64,000 nt of DNA, taken from Octopus sinensis (Eukaryota). Position 1 is the stretch's first letter. Each line of letters starts with the position of its first letter. The stretch spans positions 93,124,001 through 93,188,000 of the forward strand of contig NC_043002.1 in the NCBI RefSeq assembly GCF_006345805.1. Direction: 5' to 3'. The translations under genes and the position numbers were made by a program. Of the stretch, positions 26,548 to 39,826 are shown in pieces. The notes beneath the pieces are model-generated. The model was given only the letters and a program-made list of their open reading frames with translations, did no database searches and was not told where the DNA came from.

Positions 26548-27007
26548 GAATTATACACTTGAATCTTTCTCACAGTCTTATTCTTCAAGATATTGTTCAT
26601 AACTTTGGTGTTTCTTCTATTATCCATCATAGTTACCATTTTTTATTTTAACCATTCACATACATTACATTCAAAGTTTAACTGTTACAAATATGGAAAT
26701 TGTTATCATTTTGATTTGTTTGATTTGCTAATTTGTTTTTATTGGTGGATTTAATATATTTAATCTGTTTTTAATCTTTTCATTTTTTTCCCCCTTAATT
26801 TTATACATTTAATTTTTTTCTTTTTATTTATCTAACCTCACATTAATATGAAAATTTTTGGTAAATTTTGGTTTTGAGAATTTATTACAATTCAAAAGAT
26901 TAAGGAACTTATTAAACATGCTGAATATGAGTGATTTAATAAAAAGAAAATTATAAATATTATTTTGTTAATTGCATCAAAATCTTAACTTTATATATAT
27001 ATATTTA

Positions 27008-27041
<34 letters not shown>

Positions 27042-27683
27042 TTTACGGTAAGTAACTGTACATCTGGTTTCCTGATGTTAAAATATCTGACTTAAAGGAC
27101 ATTTTTGTGTCATAATATAGAAAACTGTCTTAATGATATGGATATAAATACACTGAAACCGATATTTTTTTTTCTAAAACTGAACTTTTACTTTTTAACA
27201 TTTCAACTCTTTAGCATTCAGTTTACTTCGTCAAATGTAATGCTTCTTTATTTACATTCTTTTGAATTAATCCTGCATTGTCTTGGAGCTTCAAGATTTC
27301 ACTGATGTAATTAATTGTTTGTTTTTAGAATGACATTGTAGGGGTAGGTGTGAGAGGCCAGATCTGGCTAATTTGAACATAAAACAAGTAGAATATTTTG
27401 GCCAGATATGGGCAGGTTAAAATCTAAAGGGTTTAAATCATTGGCGCTTTAATGTTTTGTTTTAATACTGTATAAGACTTCAAGTATTTACCTATAAAAC
27501 ACACACAAAGAATTTGTTGACTAAAATCTATAGATATGTTGTGTAGCACAGTGGTATTTTAATATTTTTATCAATGTTTTGATCAAGCTGTATCTTTGAT
27601 TTTTCTTATTTTCAGATAAAGGAAGTTTTAAATAGATATTTCTTATTTGAAAATATTAATCTTATTTTCTTTGCTACTTACAG

Positions 27684-27845
27684 TGGACAAGGCCTCGATG
27701 TTTGTAATCCACCACGATCACGAGCTCATTGTCGAACAATGGCTGAACAGTTATTTCATGACAGCTTGCCAATTGAGGGACAATTGAGCAATATGGTGTC
27801 GAGGGGCCTCCAACCAGAGTCCATGAATAAACTCAGTCAACTCAG
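27684..27845 (+). CDS. SMG6: SMG6 exon GQGLDVCNPPRSRAHCRTMAEQLFHDSLPIEGQLSNMVSRGLQPESMNKLSQLR
   Basis: ttacag acceptor and gtaagg donor, phase 2-2. Resembles human QLSNLLSRDRISPEGLEKMAQLR. Confidence 0.88.
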
Positions 27846-29879
27846 GTAAGGAAAAAGCCAAATGTAAACTTGCATGTTGTGTTGGTTTGTAACAAACTAG
27901 CTACTGTCATTGCCATCATCATTATTTAGCATTCGCTTTTCCATGCTTGTATGGGTCAGGTGGAATTTGTTGAGTTAGATTTTCTTTGATCAGATGCTCT
28001 TCCTGTCACCAACCTTCACTTGTTTCCTAGTGAGTTAATATTTTCTCATGGCCAGACTTGTCTTTCACAGAATAATGGAAACACAGCTTATATTTCAACC
28101 ATGTTGTCAAGACAAGGGTAAACACAAACACACATACATACATACATACATACATGCATGATGATGGCTGTCCACTCATGACCGAGGAAGACCATCACTG
28201 ACCATTGCCCATATAAAATACCAGGCATGTTTGTGCATAAGGTGATTGCACCAGCAGTTGGCTTCACCTGGGTTTGCACCTGTAATTTCCATGCTTGCTA
28301 TGGAACCCTCCTATTTGACCAAGCATTAGATAGTTGCCTTGCTGGCAATTGCACAGCCTGTAATTTTTGGTCCAGCAAGGCTTGCACAGCACCTCAGAGA
28401 CCCTTTCCACCCTACTGACATGATCGAGAGACAAACCGGGGCAAGATCTATGGGTCACAGGCTTAGGAATGTGGGAATGTTATGAACTCGAACGCAAGCA
28501 AAAGATTCCAAAAATGTTCAATACTATTTCCTGCATATCTGGTTTTGCACCAGGGTAACCTAGCGATATGTTTTAACAAAAACTATGCGGGGCCTCACTC
28601 CTAGTGGTCTTCCAACATGCCAGGTACTAACCCAGGAATTCCGAGTGCCCATGCACACGCGCACACACACACACACAATGGGCTTCTTTCAGTTTTGGTC
28701 TACCAAGTCCACTCAAAGCTTTGGTCTGTGCAGAGGAACAGAAACTGAGATCACATGGTCAGGAAGCAAGCTTCTTAATCACACAGCTATGTCTGCACCT
28801 CACCCATGAATGACATTGAATTAAAGTGTAATGAGAGATGCTCATTTTCAGGTGTATTCAGAGCCGCAGATGTAAAACTACTCTGATTAAAATGAAAAGA
28901 ATGTTGTTGTTTTTTTTTATGGGGCACAACAAACATCTCTGTATTAGAAAGGAATGAAAAGTGAAGAAGTGTAATATTCATGGGCATTTGTAGTTAAGTA
29001 AAGTAAAAATGATTGAAACCCTGTTCCAATCTCATTGTGGCAAGCTGGCAGAACTGTTGGCATTCCAGGCAAAATACCTAATGACATTTTATGTGTCCTT
29101 ATGTTCTAAGTTCAAATTCTTCCATGGTTGACTTTACTGTTCACCCTTTCATCATCATCATCAAACATCCATTTTACATGCTGGCATGAGTTGGATGGCT
29201 TGACTGAAAACTGGTAAGCTGGAGAGCTGCACCAGGTTCCAATCTGATTTGGCATGGTTTCTACAACTGGATGCCCTTCCTAACGCCAATCACTCCAAGA
29301 GTGTAGTTGGTGCTTTGTATGTGCCACTGGCACAGGGCCAGTTATGTAACACCAGCATTGGCCACACCTATGATCTCACTAGGCTTGACAGGTTTTCTCA
29401 AGCATGGTATAACGCCAAAGGTCTCAGTCACTTGTCACAGCCTCCATGAGGCCCAACGTTTGACCAGTCAAGTACTGGGGTTGATGTAATCAACTTACCT
29501 TTCTCTTCAAAAACTGCTGGCCCTGTGCCAAAATTTGAAACCATTTTGTGGTGGGGATGTGAAAAATGTTGTACACGGTTCTTTATTGGAAATGTGATAG
29601 TACCATCTGATGTTCTCAATGGTTCTCAGGGCTCTGCTATTGGAGTCATTGATCCATTTTGCCAGGATCTTTGAAAGGAGTCACTTTGCTGCTCTGTAGA
29701 GAAGAATGGAGAGGGATATGGTTGCCTATTCTAAAGATCAGAATACACATGATTCATTTGTGATAAGATTTTAGTGGTCATTATTTGTAGTCTTTTAGAT
29801 TCCAAATAATCAACCAATCTCATTAAATATGTCTTGAACTGCAAATAATGTTTATTTTATTTTAATCCTTTAAATTTAG

Positions 29880-30081
29880 ATTGGATTTGCAAACCAAGTG
29901 TGAGCAGATAATTCTGTTGGATTTAGAAGTATCGATTAAGCAAAATGTTGAACAGCTGCTCTGGAAGTCAGTATACTATCAGCTGATAGAAATTTACCGT
30001 AAGCAGTTAGCAGAGGAGCCATCCACCAGAAACGTTTCTACAGAAAGCATTAAGGAGCAACTCTTTACTGTCCTTGATGAG
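29880..30081 (+). CDS. SMG6: SMG6 exon, start of EST1/TPR domain (LDLQTKCEQIILLD...VEQLLWKSVYYQLIE...VLDE)
   Basis: tttag acceptor and gtatat donor. Matches human ILLDIEFSDNQNVDQILWKNAFYQVIE...LLDE. Confidence 0.93.
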
Positions 30082-30202
30082 GTATATACATTTAATCAAT
30101 TACTTTACATTATTGCAATGAAATTTCTAATAATTTAAAATTATTAAAATTTTAAAAACATTTTAGGTTAGCTTGATTAATAATGATTAATCTAGCATAT
30201 TG

Positions 30203-30610
30203 GGATCTTTTCGGCTTGAACGGCAGTTTTTTCTAGCGGTGTCATATGAAATTGTCACTCATAATTATGACCCTAGAATCAGTCTATTGCATTTCAATCT
30301 CTTTTAGGGTTAGGGTTAGGGGAAGGGTATCTTTTTTCTTCACAAATGTAAATAAACCCAATCTGTTTCTTAAACGAGGACATATTCATATGACACAGAA
30401 TGCTTTTTAACTCAATGGATGTCATTGATTGATTGAAATTGCAGAAATTGAAGAAAAAAACAACAACAAATATCTTACAAACTATAGAATTTTCTCAATA
30501 AAGCTAAGAGAAAAAGATGTTTTATAAACACATTCTAGCAGTATACGAAGTTTAAAATTTTTTAGTTACCTAGAAATTGTTAAAAACTGCTGTTCAAACC
30601 GAAAAGATCC
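30203..30610 (+). mobile_element. MITE with GG...CC termini and 8-bp TSD (Merlin- or hAT-like), containing (TTAGGG)3
   Basis: Terminal inverted repeats ggatcttttcggcttgaacggcagtttt / aaaactgctgttcaaaccgaaaagatcc. TSD gcatattg at 30195-30202 and 30611-30618. Confidence 0.9.
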
Positions 30611-30694
30611 GCATATTGAGGATTATCTGCATGACAACATTAGCTTACAATATACCTGAAGTCTTGCAATTTTTCTTTTTCTCCTTTTTAAACA

Positions 30695-31480
30695 GCTCTT
30701 GCCAACCTTGTTGAATAGCCATATCTAGTCTTGATAAATGGCTGTAGCCAGCCTTGTTGAATAGTTCTAACCAAACATGTTGAATACCAGTCTTGTTGAA
30801 TACCTCTTGCTAGCCTTGTTGAATGGCTCAAGTCAAATTTGTTGAACAGCTTTAGGCCAAATTGTTGAATAGCTGTTGCCAAATTGTTGAATAGCTGTTG
30901 CCAAATTGTTGAATAGCTGTTGCCAAATTGTTGAATAGCTGTTGCCAAATTGTTGAATAACTCTAGCCAACCTTGTTGAATAGCTCTAGCCAGCCTTGTT
31001 GAATAGCTCTAGCCAGCCTTGTTGAATAGCTCTAGCCAACCTTGTTGAATAGCTCTAGCCAAATTGTTGAATAGCTCTCGCCAAATTGTTAAATAGATCT
31101 AGCCAGCCTTACTGATTAGTTGTTGAAGTTCTCTCTACAGATATTCTACAGAAATTATAGCCAGCACTGATTTTTGTTACTGTACTATAATTTCTAGATG
31201 ATATCTCTAGAGATAAGCTCAACAAGTGATGTTAAGCACACTGCTAATGCAGTTGAACATGGCATTGAGTTTTAAAAACGCTTAATATACTTTATAATAT
31301 ATTATAGTTGCATTATGAAATACCTTATCCCTACAAGTCATTAATACTACAAGTCATAATACTAGCAAAACTTGTTGATTAGATCTAGGCAGACTCATTG
31401 AATAACCTAGCCAGTGATATTGAATAACTCTAGCTAGCTTCGTTGAAAAATTCTAGCAAGTCTTGTTGAGTAGCTCTAGT
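30695..31480. repeat. 22-23 bp minisatellite (ttgttgaatagctgttgccaaa / ttgttgaatagctctagccagcc) with degenerate flanks
   Basis: Near-perfect units at 30860-31110; diverged units on both sides. Confidence 0.9.
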
Positions 31481-32446
31481 CAGCTGTATATACATAAATA
31501 AGTCTATGGTGTGGAACCTGCTGACTGAGAGCTTAGTGATTCAAGGCATATTCTCTATTTTGTTTCTGTCATTTGACTGCAGCCATGCTGGAGCACTGCC
31601 TTTAGTTGAACAAATCAACCCCAGGACCTATTCTTTTTAAGCCTAGTACTTATTCTAACGGACTCTTTTGCTGAACCGCTAAGTTAAAGGGACATAAGCA
31701 CACCATCATCAGTTGTCAAGTGATGATGGAGGAGGACAAACACAGATACACAAACACACACACACAACACACACAAACACACACACACACACACAATGGA
31801 CTTCTTTCAGTTTCCATCTACCAAATCCACTCACAAGGCTTTTGTCGGCTCGAGGCTATAGTAGAAGACACTTGCTCAAGGTCCCACGCAGTGGGACTGA
31901 ACCCAGGACCATGTAGTTAGCAACTTACTTACCACACAGCCACTCCTGTGCCTACACTATGTCTGATGTTTCATTTGCCCCAAACTTCAGCAGTCTAGTT
32001 GTGGCCATTGCATTTCTGTTTGCTGAGCAGGCTGAGTGATTATGTACAATCATTCTCATTTTCCTTTTATTCTTTCAAAGACAGTACTTGAAGATGTTTG
32101 AAAATTTAGGCTTGTATAGTGTAGTTTGCTTCCGTTGATTATTGAGGTAGCAAAACAATTGTTTTAAATACAAATTTCTGTGTATTATTTACAATAGCAA
32201 TAACTAATGTATATTATTTTTGCTTCACTAAAAACAATAAATAATTATTTATAGATTCAATGAAATTCTGCTTAACAACAAAAATTAAAACTCTCTTCAT
32301 GTAGGCCATATGCTTATCATGTTATTGTTAACAGTTAAAAACACTTGATTTGTTAGAGTGATGAAGGAAGAAACCAATAATTAAACACAGATGTTTTAAA
32401 TTGTGTGATCTTATATTTTTTTTAATATTTTTGTTTTGTCTTCTAG

Positions 32447-32664
32447 GGAACTTCCTTCTATGAAGGTCTTTTAGAACATTTGCAGACAACTTACAACTTC
32501 TCCTTGACACCATTTCTTGACACCAATGGTTCCCCTCCTGAAACCTGCAACAGAACAGTCAAACTTGCTTTACTCACTTCCCAAAGAATTATGATATGTC
32601 TTGGTGACATAGCTCGATATCGAGAATTGGCCAACGATTCTACAAACTATGGCAGAGCACGAAG
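32447..32664 (+). CDS. SMG6: SMG6 exon GTSFYEGLLEHLQTTY...QRIMICLGDIARYRE...NYGRAR
   Basis: ttctag acceptor and gtgatt donor. GDIARYRE is the EST1/SMG5-7 family signature. Confidence 0.96.
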
Positions 32665-33762
32665 GTGATTGTTGAATTCTGTAATTGATTTTGAATTCAT
32701 CAATGGTTTGTCGATATTTTCTCATTTACGTTCCGTATCATTTCAACTATGCACAGCGTTTCATATTTGAAGAAATAGTCATGGCTCAGTGGTTAGAGCG
32801 TCGAGCTTACGATCGTGAGGTTGTGAGCTCGAATCCCGGACCTGGCTGCGTGTTGTGTTCTTGAGCAAGACACTTTTATTTCACGTTGCTCCAGTTCACT
32901 CAGCTGTAGAAATGAGTTGCGACATCACAGGTGCCAAGCTGTATCGGCCCCTTTGCCTTTCCCTTGGATAACACTGGTGGTGTGGAGAGGGGAGGCTGGT
33001 ATGCATGGGCGACTGCTAGTCTTCCATAAACAACCTTGCCCAGACTTGTACCTCAGAGGGTAACTTTCTAGGTGCAAGCCCATGGTCAGTGTCTGACCGA
33101 AGGGGGTCTCTCAGTCATGTTTATACCCTCATTATACTGACAGTGTTCTGTTTTGCTTACTAGTATGGATGGGTGAGTCTTTTTCAAATTTGAATATTTT
33201 TAATTTGGAGGAAACAGTTACCATTTCTGCTGCTAACCTGTCTATGGTGACTTATTTGTGAAAATGATTATCAGTAGATGACAAAGCAGACTATGATGGT
33301 TGGAGTAAGTTTTGAACTGCTGAGTGTGTGGTTATTGATCCAGTACCTTGACTCTGGTTTATCTTCTTTATAAACTGATCCTCTAAAATCATGTTGGAGT
33401 TTAAAGTAAGATTTAATGATCAGAAATTTATTTAAAACAAGGAAAAACTTGTTCAATTAAACAGCACGAAAACATGAACACAGTAATTTATAACTTTATA
33501 TTATTTATTCTAACAAGACTGCAACAGAGTTAATGATTTTATATAAAGTACTAATACTAATTAGTGTTATAACTAATCTCTGATTTACTGAACAGCTAGC
33601 TAATATCGATCCTATGCAGAACAACAATATATATGCATAATTTAGCTTGAACCAGATCAGAGACTGATTTAAATCACCATTTTTATTTTTGTAAAATGTA
33701 ATTTTTGTTAGGTTAAACAAGAATTTTAATCATACTGACTTAAACATTTTTTCCATTTCCAG

Positions 33763-33841
33763 TTGGTACATGAGGGCTCAGCAACTTGCCCCTAAAAATG
33801 GTCGACCTTACAATCAACTTGCAATCTTAGCTCTCTATACA
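33763..33841 (+). CDS. SMG6: SMG6 exon (S)WYMRAQQLAPKNGRPYNQLAILALYT
   Basis: ttccag acceptor and gtaagt donor. Near-identical to human WYLKAQHIAPKNGRPYNQLALLAVYT. Confidence 0.96.
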
Positions 33842-34602
33842 GTAAGTATTTGAATGTAACATTCCTTTTGCATTTTTTAAAGTTGTTGATAAACTATTAC
33901 AAAGACATTCGGTTAGGACTAACATAATAATTATTTTGGCAAGTGTAAGTTAACCCTGTCACTGCAAAATGAAATTTTGTGGTTATTCCAGTAATAATGT
34001 TAAATATCTGCCAAAACATAGAATTGGTATTTTCTGCAAGTCCCACTGCTTCAATAAATTTGACATATCTCAACAAAAAAATAGTTTCAAATATGACATT
34101 CCTCAACAAAAAATAAATTTAGATTAGTATATTAAAATGTTTTGTACAATTAGGGGTAATGAAATTTTGAGTGGATACATCTCCAGCTGAGAATCGCTAA
34201 TCTTGCAGGTTTGTAAGTGCTGGTGCCTTGTAAAAAGTATTTGTGCCAGTGTTGCATAACAGCACCCAATACACTATGTAAAGTGGTTGACATTAAGAAG
34301 GGTATCCAGCTGTAGAAACCATGCCAAAAAATACATGAACAGCCCATCAGCTGGTCAGCTCCTGTCAAACCATCCAACCCATGTCAGCATGGAAAATGTA
34401 TGTTAAATGATGATGATATCTGCTTTCTGCAATAAAAGAGTGAAAAGGGTTTCTTTTGAAAATCTTATTATTATTCCCTTTCAGATTAGTTATGAGTAAA
34501 TAGAGGTGCTTATTAAATCATATGTATAAGAAAAATGTATAGCTTAATAAATGTTATGAGAATAAACTGAAATTGCTTGATATCCTGCATTTAAATACAA
34601 TC

Positions 34603-35440
34603 ATCATCATCATCATTGTTTAACGTCTGCTTTCCATGCTGGCATGGTTTGGACGGTTTGACTGAGGACTGGCAAGCCAGAAGGCTGCACTAAGCTCCTG
34701 TCTGATCCGGCAAGGTCTCTACAGCTGGATGCCCTTCCTAATGCCAACCACTCCAAGAGTGTAGTGGGTGCTTTTTGCATGTCACTGGCACAGGGGTCAG
34801 TCAGGCGGAACCGGCATTGACCATGCTCGAATGGTGCTTTTTATGTGCCACCGGCATGAGAGCCTGTCAGGCGGCACTGGCATTGACCATGCATGAGTGG
34901 TCCTTTTTATATGCCACTGGCACAGGAGCCAGTCCAGTAGCACTGACATTGACCATGCTCGAATGGTGCTTTTTACATATTGTCAGCACGGGTACCAGTC
35001 AGGTGGTACTAGTATTGGCCATGACAATGATTTCACTTGACTCCAACAGGTAATAAAGAAAAAACAAAGATTTTGTAATTTTATGCCATTCTGATGTCAA
35101 CATCATCATCATCATCATCATCATTTAACGTCCGCTTTCCATGCTAGCATGGGTTGGACGGTTCAACTGGGGTCTGGGGAGCCCGAAAGCTGCACCAGTC
35201 CAGTCAGATCTGGCAGTGTTTCTACAGCTGGATGCCCTTCCTAACGCCAACCACTCCGAGAGTGTAGTGGGTGATTTTATGTGCCACCGACACAGGTGCC
35301 AGACGAGGCTGGCAAACGGCCACGCTCGGATGGTGTTTTTTTTATGTGCCACCGACACAGGTGCCAGACGAGGCTGGCAGACGGCCACGCTCGGATGGTG
35401 TTTTTATGTGCCACTGACACAGGTGCCAGATGAGGCTGGC
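34603..35440 (-). mobile_element. Two adjacent RTE 3'-UTR-type elements with (CAT)n tails and internal minisatellites
   Basis: (cat)n-tttaacgtc...ggatgcccttcctaa at 34603 and 35101. The second is near-identical to 49130-49488 in reverse. Confidence 0.8.
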
Positions 35441-36082
35441 AGCTATCAACTGGATTTGAACCCAGCATCTTTACTTAAGTTCTAAAGCCTAAATGAAGAA
35501 TTTTAGAGAGCATATGCAAAAGACAAAAACTGAAATATCTCTTGTATATGAGGCTAATTCAGCTGAGATCAGTCAAGCAAATTATTTGAGTAAAGTATTT
35601 CATCATGGTGGGAGAGAGAGAAAGTTTTTAAAGGTTTATGGCAGTACTGGGGAAATGAACGAAACACCTGTTGTTTTGTTCCAAGTCAACTCTGATTAAA
35701 CAAACCTATTGTCAAAATGTACTCCAACCATGGCCATCCTTCTTTACGATGTCTAAAAGTACATTATCTAATGTATCCTTTCTTGTGATGATAGGTTGTG
35801 ATTTGAGAGGGATTTGGCTACTATTTCTAGCTGGATGAGTCGAGCAATCGCATAAAGGCTCCTTCATGTTCAGCATTAAAGTGAAGTGTGGTGGGAAGAC
35901 AGTAGGAAATTATATAGTGATTAAAAAAACAGCTACAGACAAGGGAGATGCTGAAAGGTTGCAATGGATTGAGGGGTGATATGAGCATATAGACATGCAT
36001 ATATGTGTGTATATATATGTGTATGTATATATATGTACATATGTCTACACATGTGGAATAAAATAACTTTATTTTATATATA

Positions 36083-36213
36083 CAGGGTGTCCCAAAAAAA
36101 TGTATACACACCTTAAATAATTGTAAATTTGTTATTCTTTGTAAGCCTAGTACTTATTCTATCGTTCTCTTTTGCCGAACCACTATGTGTATACATTTTT
36201 TTTGGACACCCTG
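36083..36213. mobile_element. Tc1/mariner-type MITE (TA TSD) containing a SINE fragment
   Basis: Inverted termini cagggtgtcccaaaaaaatgtatacac / gtgtatacattttttttggacaccctg, flanked by TA. Confidence 0.85.
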
Positions 36214-36248
<35 letters not shown>

Positions 36249-38549
36249 ATATGTGTGTTTGTGTGTGTGGTACACACGCACTCAGTAGCAGCTGTTGTCA
36301 TTGATGATGTTGAATAAAAACTTACAAAAATGAAATAAGGTAAAAAAAAAACAAGCAAACAAAAACAAAACGATTGATTGAAAAAAAATGAAACTATTAG
36401 TTTAAAAGGTAATGTCAAGGGCATGTCGAACATGTGATACTGAGCTGCTGTTGCTGCTTCTATTATTATACTTATAATATATAAAAAAAAAAAAAGGCAA
36501 TGACAGCAGGTGTCCTTACAGAATGTTTATATATATTTATATGAATTAAATATAAAGGGAATTTTATTGTTACACAGAAAAGGTTTTAACATTGGTAAAT
36601 TTCAATGTACATAATATTATTTGACTTTTTCCCCAACATTGTTACTCTATCTGCAGTACCCTGTGTAGGTCCTTGTCATTATATCTGTGGTATTTTAAAT
36701 AGTGTAGTTCTTGGTAGCTGCATTTATCCTTATCCTCCTCCTCATCATCATCATTTAAGGTCCATTTTCCATGCTGACATGGGGGTCGGATGGTTTGACA
36801 AGATCCAAAGAGCTGCACAGCTCTGTGGTATGGTTTCTGTAGGTAGATTCTCTTTCTAAAACCAGTCACTTTACAGTGTTTTTTGGGTACTTTTATATTT
36901 TTTCTTTTATCTTCATGACACTAACACTAGTGAGTTTGCCAAGTAACTTGCAAGATAAAGTAAAGAAAGAAAAAGAAGTCTCCTCAGCTGAGTGAGAGAG
37001 TATTTGTGAGAGCAGGAGGTGGCTTTATACCAGATGTTGAAGGCTGATTATCTATTTATCCTGTATGAGTGAATAGCAGATCAGAGTAATTTTCAAGGTC
37101 AAGGTCAAACAAATACATGCAACCACACACACACACACACAAACAAACATGCAATATTATCTTAGCTACATATGTACATGTGAAGGCACATGGCTCAGTG
37201 GTTAGAGTGTCAGGCTTACAATCATGAGGTAGTGTGTTCAATTCCTGGACTGGGCTGTGTATTGTGTTCTTGATCAAGATACTTTATTTCACATTGCTCC
37301 AGTTCACTCAGCTGTAAAAATGATAGTGATGTTACTGATGCCAAGCTGTATTGGCCTTCGGATTTCCCTTGGATAACATCAGTGGGGTGGAGAAGGGAAG
37401 CTGGTATGCATGGGCAATTGCTGGTCTTCCATAAAACAACCTTGCCAAGACTTGTGCCTTGGAGGGGAACTTTCTAGGTGCAATCCCATGATCATTTGTG
37501 ACCGAAGGGGGTCTTTACCCTTTTTTCGCTATATGTACATATAGACACTGGCATGGCTGTGTGGTATGGAGTTCTCCTCCCAACCACATGGTTTTAGGTT
37601 CAGTCCTACTGTGAGGCACCTTGATCAAGTATTTTTTACCATAGCCTCAAACTGACCAAAACCTTGTAAGTAGATCTGGTTAACATAACCTGAAAGAAGC
37701 TCATATATATAACGTGTGAGTGAGTATGTGTATGTATGTGTGTGTCTGTGTCCCCCACCACTGCTTGACAATTGGTGTTGGTGTGTTTACACCCCTGTAA
37801 CTTATTAGTTTTGCAAAAAGTGTCTGATAGAATAAGTACTGGAGTTGGTTTGCTTAACTAAAATTCTTCAAGATGGTGCTCCAGCATGGCTGCAGTCTAA
37901 TGACTGAAACAAGTAAAAGAATAAAAGAATACTCACACAGACCTTAAAACAACAAAGTAGGGAGAAAAGGTTAGGTGAAAAAGGACAATGTGTTGTCATA
38001 AGGCCTAAGAACATGTGTCAGTATCTGCATGCATACATCAATACGAATGTCTATGAATGTGAGACTGTGAGTGGCAGGAAAGAAGAAAACATACTAGGAA
38101 AAAAAAACCAACTTAATTTAAGTCTATTGGGGAAGTCATGTTAAATATAAAGAACATATATCGCAATGTTATTATCATCATCATCATCATCATCATCATC
38201 GTTTAGCGTCCGTTTTCCATGCTAGCATGGGTTGGACGGTTCTACTGGGGTCTGTGAAGCCAGAAGGCTTCATCAGGCCCAGTCAAATCTGGCAGTGTTT
38301 CTATGGCTGGATGCCCTTCCTAACGCCAACCACTCCGTGAGTGTAGTGGGTGCTTTTTACGTGCCACCCGCACAGGTGCCAGACAGAGCTGGCAAACGGC
38401 CACGAACGGCTGGTGCTTTTTATGTGCCACCGGCACGAGGGCCAGGCGAGGCTGGCAACGGACACGAAACGGCAGTCTGAATATGCCTGATGCATGTTTG
38501 AGCTGGAGAACAAGCTACTCACTGCGTTTTATCATGGAGAATATATAAT

Positions 38550-38915
38550 AATGAAATTATTGTATACAGTGCTCAGGTGCACCACAACTTGTCAAAAGTG
38601 TGTATAAAGCATATGCAGTAATGTACAAATGTCTGGGAAGTGAACAGTGTATGAGTCAGATACATGCGTGCGTGTGTATGGAGGGGAGAAAATCAGGTGT
38701 AGTGTTGGCGAATCTCAGGAAGCATGGAAGTTTTGAAGGATGCATTGCTCCGACAACTAACAACGGATGCCGGCAGTTTGTTCCATACTTCAGCAACTCT
38801 TAGCGTGGAAAAATGTTTCCAAAAGTCATGGGACCTGTGCTGTTTTCTGACCTTGTAAACATGTCCATAAGTGTTAGACAGGTGGAGTTTGAAAAGGTGC
38901 TCAGAGTTATTGTTA
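38550..38915 (-). mobile_element. CR1-clade LINE 3' end
   Basis: ORF 38693-38941(-): TYGHVYKVRK...HFSTLRVAEVWNKLPASVV...FK. Confidence 0.8.
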
Positions 38916-39312
38916 GTATATCTCTCATCAGTCACTGACACTAAGCAGATGACATAGATACTTATATTTGCAATTCTGTGAAAATCTGTGAGATTTTGTA
39001 ACTTTGTATGCTAAGAAATGACGGATCAGTGGGAGTCATCTCACCACCATCGTCATCATCAGCATTTAACATCTGTTTTCTATGCTGGCATGGGTTAGAT
39101 GGCTTGACAGGAACTTGCAAGGCCAGGGGCTACACCAGGGTTCTATAGTCTTCTTTAGCTTGGTTTCTACGGCTGGGTATCCTTCCTAATAACAACCACT
39201 CCACAGAGTGTACTGGGTTCCTTTTACATAGCACCATCACCACTGCTTTCTCTTTCTATGTGACACCAGCATGGTTTGTGGATTTACAAATACTTTGAGT
39301 GTTATCTTAGAT

Positions 39313-39641
39313 CAGTGGTTTTCAACTGAGGTTCATGTGAACCCCCGAGGCTCCATATAAGACTTTTTGGGGTCCACATAACAAAATAGTAAATTGGAGA
39401 TCCACAATAGAGCTCTTTAAAAGATTTTGCTTTAGTTGTATGTATTTCAAGAAACAGCTAAGTTTCTTTCTCTAACATTTTACATAGTCCAACCTACACA
39501 AGTTAATGTATGAAAAACAAAATAGGAGTTTTGAAAGACGTTTCTAGAAAGCTAGTTTTTAAGTGTTGAATGGCTATGAGGATCCACCAGAATAAAATAG
39601 TAATCAAAGGGGTTCATAGAGAAAAAATGATTGAGAACTCG
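39313..39641. mobile_element. hAT (Charlie-like) MITE
   Basis: cagtggttttcaac start and ttgagaactcg end. 8-bp TSD tcttagat at 39305-39312 and 39642-39649. Confidence 0.8.
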
Positions 39642-39715
39642 TCTTAGATAATTCAATTTCCAAATAATATTTAAAAAAAATTTAACTATAAAATGCTTAT
39701 CATTTTTTTTTCCAG

Positions 39716-39826
39716 AAACGGAAGTTAGATTCTGTTTATTACTATATGCGTAGCCTTGCTGCCAGTAATCCCTTTATGACAGCACGGGAGAGTTTAATGT
39801 CACTATTTGATGAAGCCAGAAAAAGG
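39716..39826 (+). CDS. SMG6: SMG6 exon KRKLDSVYYYMRSLAASNPFMTARESLMSLFDEARKR
   Basis: ttccag acceptor and gtaaga donor, phase 0-0. Matches human RRKLDAVYYYMRSLAASNP. Confidence 0.96.

Noticed and set aside
30860-31110. CRISPR-like array; also considered for the 61-62-mers at 49020-49295
   Set aside because: Units are contiguous with no unique spacers, the context is a eukaryotic intron, and there are no cas genes.
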